This document shows, piece by piece, positions 27,194 through 36,432 of a DNA stretch of 64,000 nucleotides; position 1 is the stretch's first letter; each line of letters starts with the position of its first letter. The notes below the pieces were generated by a model. It had not been told where the DNA came from. It searched no databases and saw nothing but the letters and a program-made list of their open reading frames with translations. This DNA is from a virus. Made by a program: the position numbers and the translations under genes. The stretch spans positions 1 to 64,000 of the IMG/VR virus record IMGVR_UViG_3300017991_000075, one strand, 5' to 3'.

Positions 27194-28186
27194 CTACTCC
27201 CATAGCCAATCAGGCTCTGACGCCGATGCAAGCACCCTTTGACGGTCTCCCACAGACAGGTCGTTCCAGTCTTTTTCAACGGGTGTTCGTGCCAGGATTG
27301 CCCGTTTTCCGTGCCCAAGAAAAGCCCTGCATACGGCAGCGCTCTCAGAACGGGCGTCCGGATCGAACCCAAGAATGATTTGACGGGCTGGATGCTGCAA
27401 CAACAGACCGAATTGAGCAAGGCTAATGCTCTTACCGAAACAACTGATCGCCGGATAACCTGCCTGCTCCACAGCCCATGCATTGAAAACACCTTCTACC
27501 ACCACAACCGTATCAGCCTGCTCCCACCGATCATAGTTGTACAGGAACTGCGACTTACTGAGAGGTACATCCTTGTTGCTGGGGTTCAGATACTTGAGCT
27601 TCGGATTGAAACGTTTACCGTGATCCCACGCCTGAAAGTAGACGAAGGCCCCGCCGACATAAACCGGCAGACAGGTCCTCTCTCGATACTTACCTGTCAC
27701 GAAATACCCAGCACGCATGCCAAGAAAAAGATCAGGATCGAAACCACGATCAATGATCTCCTGAGCACTCTCGATCGCCGTATCAAGAGCCGCTTCATAT
27801 GGTGGAGTCTGCCCATGCCACATCAGACCTTCAACCTCAAGGTGCTGCAGGTAATCCGGGTCGGCCATTTCCGTAGCCTGGTTATTCCTGAACTCCTCGA
27901 ACATCTCTGCGATAAGATGCGGGTAACGAACATGATCGTCATCAGCAGCGTTGAACATCCGCCTGGCGCTGGCGTAGGTGATGTCCTCGTACTCGGCAAC
28001 AAGTGTTATACCGGTGCCGCCCATACCGCAGCGATAACAGATGAAACGATTCTTTCTAGCGTTGAACCAGAGCTTGAGTTCACGGCCGCAGAAGGGGCAA
28101 TCGAACTTGTACTCCTCGTCATCGCTGCCACGGAACGCAAGGTTGCGCTGTGCCCACTCAAGGATTTTATGGCCGATTTCAGACAT
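27194..28186 (-). CDS. DNA primase (Zn finger + TOPRIM)
   Basis: CPFC...CYRC; KYLNP; VVVEGVFNA; GFDPDA; KDWND. Confidence 0.9.
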   Translation of the reverse strand: MSEIGHKILEWAQRNLAFRGSDDEEYKFDCPFCGRELKLWFNARKNRFICYRCGMGGTGITLVAEYEDITYASARRMFNAADDDHVRYPHLIAEMFEEFRNNQATEMADPDYLQHLEVEGLMWHGQTPPYEAALDTAIESAQEIIDRGFDPDLFLGMRAGYFVTGKYRERTCLPVYVGGAFVYFQAWDHGKRFNPKLKYLNPSNKDVPLSKSQFLYNYDRWEQADTVVVVEGVFNAWAVEQAGYPAISCFGKSISLAQFGLLLQHPARQIILGFDPDARSESAAVCRAFLGHGKRAILARTPVEKDWNDLSVGDRQRVLASASEPDWLWE

Positions 28187-28746
28187 TAGAACGGTGTCCA
28201 GTCATCAGGGCAGGCAGGAACAACACCCCATATGCGATTCGGCATCTGATCGTTCACAAGAATGCAATCAGGCAAACCGTATTTTTCTTCAAGATAATCC
28301 CGGATCGCTTTCCATTTGACATGCCAAAAACTATCCGGCTGATTGTAGGTCTGCGACTCAACAAAACGAGCGTCCGTTTTTTCGATTATTTCACGCAGCT
28401 CCTGAGACCGGATGAAGAAAAACTTCACTTGCCGCTCAAACGCTTCTGCAATCGACAGCTTGAACCAACACTTGCGTTTACCGTCGCCATTCATGCTGCT
28501 GGTACGATGCCGCTGATACACGACCACGCAGTAAACCTTATCCTCCTTGAGGCACTCGTTGAACTGAGGAGCTTTGATCACGACACGATAGTATTCATGA
28601 CAACAGGCTTTGACCTCGATAAACGGCTCCTGAAGATCAAACCGCTCACGCACGACTTTCTCAGCCAAGGACCCGGAGGTAGCGGTTCCCTTATGCTGCT
28701 GCTGCCAATACTCAGGCGTGAAAATCTTTTTCCTACGCTTGGCCAC
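28186..28746 (-). CDS. Hypothetical protein
   Basis: 186 aa, translationally coupled (TAATG) between helicase and primase. Confidence 0.65.
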   Translation of the reverse strand: MAKRRKKIFTPEYWQQQHKGTATSGSLAEKVVRERFDLQEPFIEVKACCHEYYRVVIKAPQFNECLKEDKVYCVVVYQRHRTSSMNGDGKRKCWFKLSIAEAFERQVKFFFIRSQELREIIEKTDARFVESQTYNQPDSFWHVKWKAIRDYLEEKYGLPDCILVNDQMPNRIWGVVPACPDDWTPF

Positions 28747-30145
28747 TTTGTTGCCCGTTCAAAAATCCAAGCATCTGATCCTTACCCGGCAAAGGATAAG
28801 CACCCGCATTACCCTTTCTCTCTTTCTCTTCGAGACGTGCCAGGTTGAAATCGATGTTGAACATCAGTTCGTGATATTTAGGGCCAACACGATTCTTTGC
28901 CACGAACAACCGCATCTGGCCCATGTTGTACTCGACATCCGTCTGACAGATCGCAAGAATCACATCAGCTATCGCAGCCTTCTCAAAACACGCTGCAAGA
29001 TCCTGAAGCGTAACACGTTCCTTTTTCGATCCCTCACGATTTGTCTGCGTAGCTGTCACCAACGCCGCATCGAACTCAACAGCGATGCCACGGAGCTGCG
29101 TGTATAGATCAGCCAGCGCATCGTACTTGCTATCCCGTTTCGGCAGCTTCATGAGATCAGGGTAATCAAGCACGATGGCATCGATCTTGTGACCCCAATG
29201 AGCCTGCACTGTATTCAGAAACCCGTAGAGATCCTCGATTGCCAGCTTTCCTGTTGCAAACTCACCGAGAAAAAGCCTGGCTGTAGTGTTGTCTCTGAGG
29301 AAATGCACCCAATTCCAAACATCCTGAAAACGAGCCCGAAACTCCTGCGGGGGAATGCCAGTCAAACAGGCGAGCACCTTCTGCAGAATCAGCGCCTGAC
29401 TTTGTTCGAGCGTAACATGAACGACTTTCTTTCCCTGCTTCAGCATCGCCGCCGCACATGCCGCGAGCACTGTGCTCTTGCCTCTGTTCGGGGGACCTTC
29501 AAACAACAGCATCTCTTTACGGCCAGGACCGCCTGCGATACAGGAATCTATCGAGTTGATACCAAGCGGCACCGGATAACGAGGATCTTGAATGACAGCA
29601 GCCTGATATGTGAAATCGGCATCCCTGAACAGATCCATCCCCACCTGAAGACCGCCGCCGATGCTACTGATGTCCTTGAGTTTGTCAGCAAAACGAATCA
29701 CATCGATCTCACGACCTTGATCGATGTTCTCCTTCATCTCGACAACCATGCCGCGACACGCCTGTTCTTTCGCCCACTCATACACCTGGGTACGAACGTA
29801 ATCTGCATCGAGCATCGGAGCGTCAAACAGCGCCTGTTCGATCATCTGCATCTGAGCTTCGGCCTGCGGCTGCTCCGCCTCCATTCGAGCGGCAACATAC
29901 CTTTGCCGCTCAAGCTCAAACACGGAACGTACACACGGTGATCGGTACTTGTCGTAATAGCTATAGATGATCTCGACGGCTTGAACCAGGTAGATCCCAC
30001 CGAGCCCGGTACTGAAGAACTCAGGAGGCACGCAGCCTCTAACAACACTGAGAAAGTGAACATCTCTCGCCAACAACTTCACAACCGACTGAGAGAACGT
30101 TGGCGGAAACCGTTCAGCTCTTAGAAATTCTTCTGAGCTGCTCAT
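28733..30145 (-). CDS. dnaB: Replicative DnaB-like (SF4) helicase
   Basis: GPPNRGKS (Walker A), VTLEQ, VLDYPDLM, TATQTNR, AKNRVG; likely start MSSSEE at 30145. Confidence 0.9.
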   Translation of the reverse strand: MSSSEEFLRAERFPPTFSQSVVKLLARDVHFLSVVRGCVPPEFFSTGLGGIYLVQAVEIIYSYYDKYRSPCVRSVFELERQRYVAARMEAEQPQAEAQMQMIEQALFDAPMLDADYVRTQVYEWAKEQACRGMVVEMKENIDQGREIDVIRFADKLKDISSIGGGLQVGMDLFRDADFTYQAAVIQDPRYPVPLGINSIDSCIAGGPGRKEMLLFEGPPNRGKSTVLAACAAAMLKQGKKVVHVTLEQSQALILQKVLACLTGIPPQEFRARFQDVWNWVHFLRDNTTARLFLGEFATGKLAIEDLYGFLNTVQAHWGHKIDAIVLDYPDLMKLPKRDSKYDALADLYTQLRGIAVEFDAALVTATQTNREGSKKERVTLQDLAACFEKAAIADVILAICQTDVEYNMGQMRLFVAKNRVGPKYHELMFNIDFNLARLEEKERKGNAGAYPLPGKDQMLGFLNGQQSGQA

Positions 30146-30746
30146 TACGAATCCTTCTGACCATTTCAGTAAACTCGGTATCGGCGGCGAACTGCTCGCA
30201 GACTTGTCGCACACCATCCAGGTAACTTCCCTGGAGCTGCCCTTCGTTCAGCAGCTTGATAAACGTTTCATCTGTCGCCAGAAAATAGGGCGACATCCCG
30301 CCAGCACTCATGCGCATCAACAATTCATAGTCGCTACCGAACAGCGCCTGATTCTGTTCAATCAACTGTAGAGTGCAAGTAATATCATTCCGGATCAAGT
30401 CCGCGTAGGTGTCGTTCATCGGGTGGCACTTGTTCAGCGGCTTGTAAGCCCGGTACTGCAAATACTTCGATCTGCAGTCCTGTGTGTTCAGATACTTCGG
30501 GCCTCTGAAGCGGGGCTTCAACCAAGGCACGCAGACTTGCAGGTAATCTTTCGACCAGATCCCCATCGTCAGGCACCACTGAAACATATTGTAAAACGTC
30601 GCGTAGTTCTTGCGCTGTTCGACAGATTTACCGGAACGACGATTGAAGATGTAGACAACGATGCCGTGTGCCTCGTGATACCGGCGCTCGTACAAGTCGA
30701 AGAGAGACCTGATAATCCTGTTCAACTCTTGCTGATCGTACTGCAT
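30114..30746 (-). CDS. Hypothetical protein upstream of the helicase (possible loader)
   Basis: Likely start MQYDQQ at 30746; the longer ORF-track start runs through a terminator and promoter. Confidence 0.6.
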   Translation of the reverse strand: MQYDQQELNRIIRSLFDLYERRYHEAHGIVVYIFNRRSGKSVEQRKNYATFYNMFQWCLTMGIWSKDYLQVCVPWLKPRFRGPKYLNTQDCRSKYLQYRAYKPLNKCHPMNDTYADLIRNDITCTLQLIEQNQALFGSDYELLMRMSAGGMSPYFLATDETFIKLLNEGQLQGSYLDGVRQVCEQFAADTEFTEMVRRIRNEQLRRISKS

Positions 30747-30758
30747 CACAATCTCAAG

Positions 30759-30798
30759 AAAAAACCTCTGGCAGATGCTGTGACCCATCTGCCAGAGG
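30759..30798 (-). terminator. Intrinsic terminator/attenuator in the leader of the helicase-primase operon
   Basis: CCTCTGGCAGATG-GGTCACAG-CATCTGCCAGAGG-TTTTTT (13-bp perfect stem + U6). Confidence 0.8.
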
Positions 30799-30866
30799 CA
30801 CCCCCGTGCGCTAAATGACACGAGTTTATAGCTTCTTGCGCCGGTCACAGGCGGCTTAGATGAAGG

Positions 30867-30933
30867 AAGATACTTTGACACGATAACATGTCAAGAATTT
30901 TTCTGTTGACAGGCCCCGATTTCGTTCTACCTT
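30867..30933. promoter_or_regulatory. Back-to-back promoters: leftward TTGACA-N16-TATCTT (30894-30867), rightward TTGACA-N16-TACCTT (30906-30933)
   Basis: Perfect -35 boxes at the strand switch; an inverted TTGACA-N8-TGTCAA (30875-30894) overlaps the leftward one. Confidence 0.7.
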
Positions 30934-31072
30934 TAGTGCAGCTACAGTGCTGCAGTGTACGAGGTTTTTTGATTGAACAGAATTCGGTCGCCCCATCCCT
31001 CGAAGCACTGTAGCTAGTCCTTCCTTGAGCCTCGGCACAAGAGGATGGGGTGGCCTCCGTGACAGGGCCGGG

Positions 31073-31438
31073 ATGCAGTACGACTCTGCGAGTAATGTAC
31101 CGTCAGGACCTCGGACATATTTTCCGAAGGAGATCCCGGCCCATTGTCACATACCTCAATACATCCTCCAGGATCAACGTCTAACTGATTTCGAAAAAAT
31201 CCTATTCGGAAGACTCCGAGGATACGCTGGCGAAAAGCATTACTGCTTCGTCAAAGTCACGACCCTGATGGAGGAACTCTGCAAGTCAAGACGAGTCATC
31301 TATCGTGCGGTCGAATCGCTCGTAAAATTCGGCTACCTTTATAAATACCGCGCACACCCTCGTGCAACTACCAACTACTATTTCATCATCACACCGGAGA
31401 TAGACCTCTGGTTGAATGCAACGTCAAAAAGGGTTTGA
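31073..31438 (+). CDS. Winged-HTH (HTH_36-like) replication initiator/origin-binding protein
   Basis: IPQYILQDQRLTDFEKILFGRL...CFVKVTTLMEELCKSRRVIYRAVESLVKFGYL...TNYY; iterons follow immediately. Confidence 0.75.
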   Translation: MQYDSASNVPSGPRTYFPKEIPAHCHIPQYILQDQRLTDFEKILFGRLRGYAGEKHYCFVKVTTLMEELCKSRRVIYRAVESLVKFGYLYKYRAHPRATTNYYFIITPEIDLWLNATSKRV

Positions 31439-31660
31439 GGTGCCAAAAATGACACCCTTACAAATGCTCTCATCGCAATTTGAGGTGCCAAAAATGGCAC
31501 CTGCCCTTGTGCCAAAAATGGCACCTGTTAGTGTCAAAAATGGCACCTCAAAAGTGTCAAAAATGGCACCTCCTAAAACAAGGACTTATAAACAGGGATT
31601 TCAAACAGGGAGTCTTTTATTCTAAAGAATAAAAGAGCAGCTCGCCTTGCGGCTCGCTGT
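31439..31660. other. Putative replication origin: 5 palindromic iterons GTGYCAAAAATGRCACC plus an AT-rich palindrome
   Basis: Units start at 31440, 31485, 31509, 31531, 31554; TCTTTTATTCT-AA-AGAATAAAAGA at 31613-31636; small GC hairpin after it. Confidence 0.7.
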
Positions 31661-31682
31661 CATGAGATTTGAATTTTGAAAT

Positions 31683-33059
31683 ATGAGAGAGACGATCAAA
31701 ATAATCGAACACGGTCCCGTCACAAGAATCGTTCTTCCTGTGTCGGCATCCATCTATGACCGCTCCTCAATTTCCCTGGCGGCTAAACAAGCTGTCACCG
31801 CATGGAACAACGAAGGACGTGCGTTCGATTATTTCGACTCGATGAACATGACGCTGCTACGCGGACATACTCCTCGTGTAGTTCGTGCGTTAGAAGCACA
31901 CGGCTACAGCGTGTCATGGGAGATGACGACGCCGGCCCAGGAGAAGTTCATCTTCGGAGATCCGGTTGGCGAGTTACGGAATCTCCAGGAGTGGGGTGTG
32001 GGTGAAATGCTGAAGCACTACTACGGCATCATCTCTTTCGGGTGTCGTTTCGGTAAGAGCTACACCTACGCCGGGTGGTGGTGCGCTCGTGGTAGGCCCA
32101 GGACGATTATCTTCGCGCACACCGAGAAGATCTGCTCGCAGATGCATGAGGAGCTTTCGGAATGGCTCGGTGAGCCTGTGGGGGTTGTTGCACGGACTAC
32201 GGGGATCAAGGACAACTGGCAAAGACTTACCATCGCATGCGACAAATCATTTTTTGACAAAGAGCGCCAGCTCCTTCCGGACCACAAACCGTATCTGCTG
32301 AACACCGAAGCGATCATCCGTGATGAGTGCCACCAGTTCGGAGAACTCGGCGGTCTGATTTACGACCACTGTCCGAATCTGATTTACTCGTGGGGAGGTT
32401 CGGCAACTCCGTTCAAGAAACAGCCTGAAAAGGATCTTCTCATCGAAGGGTACTGCGGGCCGCTACGGGCCGAAGCCCCGGCAAAGATTTTAGCCGACCA
32501 CGGAATCGTGGCAATGCTTGTATGTCGGTGGAAACGAATATACCATCGGCCGATCATATGGGACACCTGGAACGTGTTGCGTGATAACGCGATCGTACAC
32601 AACTTCGAACGCAACAATGAGATCGCGAAGATATGCCATCACCACCGCGACCAGGGGCTGCGTGGGATCGTATTCGTCGATCGCGTGCCCCACGGGCAAA
32701 ACCTGGAGGCTTTACTGCCTGGCTCGGTGTTCGTAAGTTCGACGACAATGAGTAAGGCACAACGGGACGACTCTCTCAAAAAATTCAATCGCGGAGAGCT
32801 GCATACTGTTGTGACTACAAAAGTTTGGCGAGAAGGAGTCACGTTTTACGCGGACTATGCAATCAACGCAGAAGGTGGTCGAGCCGATCATGTCAACATA
32901 CAAAAAGCGGGGCGTCCATTGATGCCACGGACTGACGGAACCGCTGTTGCTTGGTATGACTTCATCGATCACGGGATCGATAAGCTGTACGATCACTCAG
33001 TAGACCGATATGACTGCATGACAAACGAGGGCTGGGAACAGGAGATACTCGATGGCTAA
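31683..33059 (+). CDS. Superfamily 2 helicase (UvsW/XPB-like)
   Basis: CRFGKS, IIRDECH, GGSATP, IVFVDRV, WREG, IQKAGR. Confidence 0.85.
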   Translation: MRETIKIIEHGPVTRIVLPVSASIYDRSSISLAAKQAVTAWNNEGRAFDYFDSMNMTLLRGHTPRVVRALEAHGYSVSWEMTTPAQEKFIFGDPVGELRNLQEWGVGEMLKHYYGIISFGCRFGKSYTYAGWWCARGRPRTIIFAHTEKICSQMHEELSEWLGEPVGVVARTTGIKDNWQRLTIACDKSFFDKERQLLPDHKPYLLNTEAIIRDECHQFGELGGLIYDHCPNLIYSWGGSATPFKKQPEKDLLIEGYCGPLRAEAPAKILADHGIVAMLVCRWKRIYHRPIIWDTWNVLRDNAIVHNFERNNEIAKICHHHRDQGLRGIVFVDRVPHGQNLEALLPGSVFVSSTTMSKAQRDDSLKKFNRGELHTVVTTKVWREGVTFYADYAINAEGGRADHVNIQKAGRPLMPRTDGTAVAWYDFIDHGIDKLYDHSVDRYDCMTNEGWEQEILDG

Positions 33060-34410
33060 GAAAAAATATACACCACAATCGATGAAAATGCTGCTCGCCC
33101 AACACGCAGGTGTTAGAGAACACAAACAGCAGTACACGATACCATTTCGCAGCGACATCTTGAACCTGCTACTCGGCGGTGTTTCAACGAGCATGTTCAC
33201 GGAGATCTCCGGAGATCCGAACATGTTCAAATCAACGATCGCTGCTGAGATCATCATCAACGCTTTGATGATGAACGCGGTATGCATCGTTCACGACAAG
33301 GAGCGCAAGCTCATCGAGTCCAGGTTCACGACACTCGGCACCAACGCTTTCGCGTCACCTAACTTTCACTACATCGAAGATGAGTTCCCCGAATATCGTT
33401 TGACGATCGAACAATACTTCACGGACATGCTGCGGTTTGTCGAAGCAACTCGTTACGAAGATCTCGATCGCATCCGGAAACAGTTCAGCAACGACAAGAA
33501 AAATCCCAGCACAGCGAACGACGGGCTGTATGATTACTACCGCCGTTACCTGCCACTTGCCGATCGCGATCACAAACGTACTGAGGCCCGCTGCAACAAA
33601 ATCGCCGATCAGCTCAAAACACCGAACCTGTTACGTCCGGAAGATAAAACCCTGATCCTCACGGTGCTTGATTCAACAACGGCCGTACCGTCGAAAGAAG
33701 AGGCGTATGACCCAAAGACCGGCGAAGTCCCAGACCCGAACCCTGCGCTACAGGCACGGGTGTGGTCGCAGTTCCTGCGCACATGCTTGTGGATGGATGA
33801 TCGTGTTGCAGCTCTGCATCTCTCACAGAAACGTCTCAAATTGAACTTCACAGGTAACAGCTACGAGAGGGCAGCCGTAACAAGATCTCAGGAGTATTAC
33901 TACACGACCAGGATCATGCTTGCGATGGCCGCGAACGGGAAGCTCTACCGGCATCCGACAACTGGTGAGATCGTCATTGGCGACAGCGGGCACGCTCTCG
34001 ATCAGAAGATCAACCAAATTGGTCAGATCACGCGAGCACGTATCATGAAGAGTTTGACCGGCATCAAGACCGAAATCCCGTTATTCATGCTCGGCCAGAC
34101 CGGCACTGATCGCATCAACTCGATGTGGGAGTTTCTGCTGCAACGTAACTTGATCAAGCATTACCACGGCGGTCGTTGGCATTTCAACCACCCATTGTTT
34201 GACGCCATCTGGGACCCGAACACAGTCAAGTTCAAACGAACTGAGTTCATCGATCTGTATGTCCAGGACGGTGCCAAGCTTGGTCGCGTGTTGGAGCAAT
34301 ACAAGAATCTACTTCTCACCGGCCGCGAGGAAGAACCAGAAGAATCGACTAATGAGATGCCGCTTCCACCAACGGCATCACAAATGCCTCCACCGCCTGC
34401 AATGGAGTGA
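33052..34410 (+). CDS. uvsX: RecA/UvsX-like recombinase
   Basis: FTEISGDPNMFKST (FK Walker A as in T4 UvsX), HDKE, VLDSTTA, ALQARVWSQFLR, LSQKR. Confidence 0.75.
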   Translation: MAKKKYTPQSMKMLLAQHAGVREHKQQYTIPFRSDILNLLLGGVSTSMFTEISGDPNMFKSTIAAEIIINALMMNAVCIVHDKERKLIESRFTTLGTNAFASPNFHYIEDEFPEYRLTIEQYFTDMLRFVEATRYEDLDRIRKQFSNDKKNPSTANDGLYDYYRRYLPLADRDHKRTEARCNKIADQLKTPNLLRPEDKTLILTVLDSTTAVPSKEEAYDPKTGEVPDPNPALQARVWSQFLRTCLWMDDRVAALHLSQKRLKLNFTGNSYERAAVTRSQEYYYTTRIMLAMAANGKLYRHPTTGEIVIGDSGHALDQKINQIGQITRARIMKSLTGIKTEIPLFMLGQTGTDRINSMWEFLLQRNLIKHYHGGRWHFNHPLFDAIWDPNTVKFKRTEFIDLYVQDGAKLGRVLEQYKNLLLTGREEEPEESTNEMPLPPTASQMPPPPAME

Positions 34411-35411
34411 CCATGGAACGAACGCTGATACTCGATCTTCACAACCTGGCACATCGTGCTGCTTACGCCTTCAGGAACCTGTGGGCGGGAGATACCTTCA
34501 CAGGTCTTTATCACGGGGTGTTTACGATGATCGAGTCGTACATGAAACAGATGCAACCAACCCACGTTGCATTTGTCAGCGACCGTATTATGCGCCCCGA
34601 AGACGCGAAGGGCATGAGGAACTCTTGGCGCATCTCTATAAACGAGTCTTACAAGAATCGAGCTTCGAAACGAAACAAGGAACAGGAGAAGCAGTACCAA
34701 GCGATCCAGCGTCAGCTCCCCGTGCTCAGAGCGGCGCTGCAGTGCCTGCCCTGCTACTGGTTCGAGCAGGACATGATGGAGGCCGACGATCTGATCGCCT
34801 GGCTGGTTACGGAATTTTTCAAGACAACCGAGAACATCATCGTATCCACGGATAAGGATCTCATTCAGCTCGTAGGTCCTGGTACGACGATGTACTACCC
34901 CGGTGCCAAAGTGCAGGTATGGATCACGGCAACAGATTTCCCACAACAGACATCGAGGTTCATCGAGAGCAACAAAAAGGCTCACCCGTCAGAGCATTGG
35001 CACCCGCCGACACCGGCAGCGTGGCTTGACTACAAATGCTGCCTCGGTGACACCAGCGATAACATCGAGGGACTGAAAGGCATCGGCCCCAAGTGGGCGT
35101 GGAACATCGCCAGAGCTGGCGGCTTCACGATGGCGAGGATGCTATGGGCCGATAAGAAGGGCGGGAAGTACGAGTACATTTGTTCTGATGAAGCACTGAG
35201 AGATTACGATCTATCAAAGCAGTTATCGGAACTACCTAGCCGCTGGATGACGGACATGATTCATCGCACGCAGCACTATCACGGTCAGTACCCAGGTAAC
35301 TACGATGAGTTCGTACGCTGGTGCGAATCGTTGAGTCTGCAGAAGATCCAGCACGGGGTTTTACAAGAAAGGGCTCGCAATGGCGTTACAGTTGATCAGA
35401 TGCCCGGATAA
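34407..35411 (+). CDS. 5'-3' exonuclease / flap endonuclease (T4 RNase H, T5 D15 type)
   Basis: LILDLHNLAHR, YKNR, MEADDLIA, STDKDLIQL, GDTSDNIEGLKGIGPK. Confidence 0.92.
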   Translation: MTMERTLILDLHNLAHRAAYAFRNLWAGDTFTGLYHGVFTMIESYMKQMQPTHVAFVSDRIMRPEDAKGMRNSWRISINESYKNRASKRNKEQEKQYQAIQRQLPVLRAALQCLPCYWFEQDMMEADDLIAWLVTEFFKTTENIIVSTDKDLIQLVGPGTTMYYPGAKVQVWITATDFPQQTSRFIESNKKAHPSEHWHPPTPAAWLDYKCCLGDTSDNIEGLKGIGPKWAWNIARAGGFTMARMLWADKKGGKYEYICSDEALRDYDLSKQLSELPSRWMTDMIHRTQHYHGQYPGNYDEFVRWCESLSLQKIQHGVLQERARNGVTVDQMPG

Positions 35412-36432
35412 AGTCTGGGCGGTGGGTGGTGGAGATCACCACATGCATGATCATGGGCAGTTCAACGACCCCAGCGTCAGGCCATACGGATCGCGCATCG
35501 AACGTAGCGTGACATCGCTGCGTTTCGGGTTCGACCAGGCAAGGTTCTACAAGGTGCCACTGATTCACAACGGCGATCTGATGCACCTCAAGAACTCAAT
35601 CAGCCCTTTAGTGCTTTGTGCGCTATACCAGATCTGCATAGACAACGCTGATGTTCTGTTTTGGGTCAATACCGGCAACCATGAACGACCCGACAAGCAC
35701 TCCAACATGACGACACTGACGGCTCTTGGGATGTTTCAGCATATCACAGTCATCCCGGCCGCCTGGGTGTTCGCTACCGAAGAATGTGTCTTCTGTTTCC
35801 TGCCGTTTTACTCGACGCAGGGACAGCGTGAAGCAGATCTCGAAGCGATCTGTGACATGACCAAAGAGATCACGGACAAACCAAAGATCCTGTTCACACA
35901 CTACCCGCTTGGCGGTGCCGCGATCGGGCGAGGGTTGAAGCTGACTGGAGGGCTGAAGTTCGATGACTTTGCTCCCGCATACTTTGACCTGATATTGTTC
36001 AACGACATCCACAAGCACCAGCCCGTAGGCACGCACGGGTATCATCTTGGTGCAACTCATGGTAATTCATTCAACGAGGCCGATTATGAATGTGGCTGGT
36101 GGTTGATTGGTAAAGACAGCCAAGGGCTTTGCATCTGGCCGGTACGTCAGGGAGATCTTCCGGAGTTCAAGATCGCAACTACTGAAGAAGAGGCGAAAGC
36201 TCTACAAGAACAAGGACACTTCGTTCGTCTCAATTTGGAAAAGCGTATCGCTGACGAACTTGAGATGAGTGAGGCACCCCGTATCACAACATCCGAACTC
36301 AACGAGCTGGTCAACGGATGGATTGAACACAAACTCGATAGCCGCAAGGAGCTGAACGAGGTTCAGATTCAATGCATTCGCGACCGCATTAGCTGGTGCC
36401 TTCAGCAGGGAGCAATCGAATGCGGCTCGTAG
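35380..36432 (+). CDS. Mre11/SbcD-like nuclease (gp47-like)
   Basis: GDHH, NGDLMH, GNHE, FTHY, DIHKHQ. Confidence 0.88.
   Translation: MALQLIRCPDKVWAVGGGDHHMHDHGQFNDPSVRPYGSRIERSVTSLRFGFDQARFYKVPLIHNGDLMHLKNSISPLVLCALYQICIDNADVLFWVNTGNHERPDKHSNMTTLTALGMFQHITVIPAAWVFATEECVFCFLPFYSTQGQREADLEAICDMTKEITDKPKILFTHYPLGGAAIGRGLKLTGGLKFDDFAPAYFDLILFNDIHKHQPVGTHGYHLGATHGNSFNEADYECGWWLIGKDSQGLCIWPVRQGDLPEFKIATTEEEAKALQEQGHFVRLNLEKRIADELEMSEAPRITTSELNELVNGWIEHKLDSRKELNEVQIQCIRDRISWCLQQGAIECGS

Noticed and set aside
26887-27205. ORFs 26912-27205 (+) and 26887-27117 (-)
   Set aside because: Products simply translate the 33-bp repeat and lack an RBS.
27239-30063. Long plus-strand ORFs (316, 232, 250 aa)
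   Set aside because: Antisense to primase and helicase, which carry the conserved motifs.
31420-31445. prfB-like +1 frameshift at GTT TGA joining the initiator to the VPKMAP frame
   Set aside because: GUU-to-UUU re-pairing is poor and there is no properly spaced internal SD; kept only as a possible indel.
31439-31570. Mini-CRISPR from the palindromic 17-bp repeats
   Set aside because: Gaps are 5-7 bp (one of 28 bp), too short and irregular for spacers; the adjacent HTH gene fits iterons better.
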